A stretch of DNA of 63,779 nucleotides, counting the filler, from Octopus bimaculoides (lineage: Eukaryota), in NCBI RefSeq assembly GCF_001194135.2. It is 5 parts of 4 records of this genome, joined end to end, with 100 filler letters (N's around TTAATTAATTAA, not from the genome) between each part and the next. Parts side by side here need not be neighbours in the genome. Positions count along the whole stretch, not along the records: positions 50,817 to 63,779 come from NC_068994.1; 4 more parts are not named here. One strand, 5' to 3'. Below are positions 62,101 through 63,779 of this stretch, one piece after another. The position numbers and the translations under genes are program-made. Numbering within the stretch: the stretch's first letter is position 1; each line of letters starts with the position of its first letter. The notes below the pieces were generated by a model. That model made no database searches. It had not been told where the DNA came from and was given only the letters and a program-made list of their open reading frames with translations.

Positions 62101-63779
62101 CATTCGTTCATTCGTTCGTACGTATGTTTGTTCGTTCGTTCGTTCGTTCTTCCTTTCGTTCGTTCGTACGTACATTCGTCCGTACGTACATTCGTTCGTA
62201 CGTTCGAACGTTCGTTCGTACGTACGTACGTTCGTTCGTTCGTTCGTACGTACATTCGTTCGTTCGTTCCTTCGTTCGTTAGTTCGTTCGTTCATTAATT
62301 TGGTCGTTCGTACGTTCGTTCGTTCGTCGGTTCGTTCGTTTGCTCGTACTTACGTACGTACGTTCGTTCGTTGGTTCGTACGTAGGTTCGTTCGTTCGTT
62401 CATTAATTTGTTNNNNNNNNNNNNNNNNNNNNNNNNNNNNNNNNNNNNNNNNNNNNNNNNNNNNNNNNNNNNNNNNNNNNNNNNNNNNNNNNNNNNNNNN
62501 NNNNNNNNNNNNCGTTCGTTCGTTTGTTCTTTCGTTCATTCGTTCATACTTACGTACGTACGTACGTTCGTTCGTTCGTTCATTAATCTGTTCGTTCGTT
62601 CGTTTGTTCATTCGTTCCGTCGTACGAACGTACGTTCGTTCGATTGTTCGTTCGTTCGTCCGTCCGATCGTTTGTTCGTACGTACGTACATACGATCGTT
62701 CGTTCGTTCCTACGGACAAACGTTCGTTCGTTCGTTCGTTCGTTCGTATGTTCGTTCGTTCGTATGTTCCGTCGTTAGTATGTTCGTTCGTTTGTTCATT
62801 CGTTCGTAAGTTCGTTATTTCGTAAGTTCGTTCGTTCATAAGTTCGTTCATTCCTTCGTTCGTTCGTTCGTTTTTACGTGCGTGCGATAGCTCGTCAGTT
62901 GATTCGTTCGTTCGTTAGTTCGTTCTGTTCGTTAGTTCGTTCGTTCGTTTGTTCCTTCGTTCAGACGTACGTTCGTTTGTTCGTTCTTACGTACGTACGT
63001 TCGTTCATTAATTTGTTCGTTCGTTCGTTCGTTCGATCGTACTTACGTACGTTCGTTCGTTCGATCGTTCGTACGTACGTTCGTTCAATCGTTCGTTCGT
63101 TCGTTCATTCCTTCGTTCGTTCGTACGTATGTTCGTTCGTTCGTTCGTACGTACGTTCGTTCGTTCGTTCATTCGTTCGTTCGTTCGTATGTATGTTTGT
63201 TTGTTCGTTCGTTCGTTCGTACGTACGTTCATTCGTTCGTTCGTTAGTCTGTTTGTTCCTTCGTTCATTAGTTCGTTCGTTCGTTAGTACGTTCTTTCGT
63301 TCGTTCGAACGTACGTTCGTTTATTCGTTCTTACGTACGTACGTTCGTTCATTCGTTCGTTCGTTCGTTCATTCTTTCATACTTACATACGTACGTACGT
63401 TCGTTCGTTCGTACGTACTTTCGCTCGTTCCTTCGTTCATAAGTTCGTTCGTTCGTTCGTATGTACGTTCATGCTTACATTCGTTCGATCGTTCTTACGT
63501 ACGTGTGTACGTACGTTCGTTCGTATTTACGTTCGTTCCTTCGTACGTACGCACGTTCGTTCGTTCTTTCGTTCGTACGTACGTACGTACATACGTACGT
63601 TCGTTCGATCGTTCGTTCGTTCGTACGTACGTACGTACATGCGTTCTTTCGCTCGTTCGTACGTGCATACATTCGTTCGTTCGTTCGTACATTCGTTCAT
63701 TCGTTCGTACATACGTACGTACGTTCGTACATACGTACGTACGTTCGTTCGTTTGTTCTTTCTTACGTACATACGTTCG
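59140..63779. repeat. Complex (TTCG)n/(TACG)n tetranucleotide satellite, running off the window end
   Basis: Direct reading; all FVRS/RTNE ORFs are artefacts of it. Confidence 0.97.

Noticed and set aside
59140-63779. CRISPR array, UUCG-tetraloop RNA, or long FVRS/RTNE proteins
   Set aside because: No unique spacers, UUCG lacks C-G closing pairs, and the ORFs arise because the 4-mer units rarely create stops.

Overview
Repeat-dense, gap-rich eukaryotic genomic DNA. It is most likely an octopod cephalopod, inferred from SINE families I recall as octopus-type and from the microsatellite load. There is no long intact protein-coding ORF, and almost every entry in the ORF track is microsatellite, N-gap or decayed transposon. 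Contents: (i) a cluster of Penelope-like retroelements (PLEs) at 3.8-15.9 kb, two with C-terminal GIY-YIG endonucleases and inverted terminal duplications, separated by a ~600 bp foldback; (ii) relics of RTE, CR1-group and R4/NeSL-type LINEs, Tc1, Tigger/pogo and a Ginger-like integrase; (iii) more than 20 copies of at least four tRNA-derived SINE families, including nested, tandem and head-only copies with target-site duplications (TSDs); (iv) a ~4.6 kb CpG-saturated (TTCG/TACG)n satellite at the right end; (v) four artificial N44-TTAATTAATTAA-N44 scaffold linkers. The most notable signal the ORF track misses is a chain of phase-compatible very short exon candidates on the + strand (26.8-48.6 kb). 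It includes a tandemly duplicated 62-nt exon that could only be used mutually exclusively. This gene model is my inference from splice signals and reading frames only, and I do not recognise the protein. Repeat boundaries were read by eye and are approximate unless a TSD is given.
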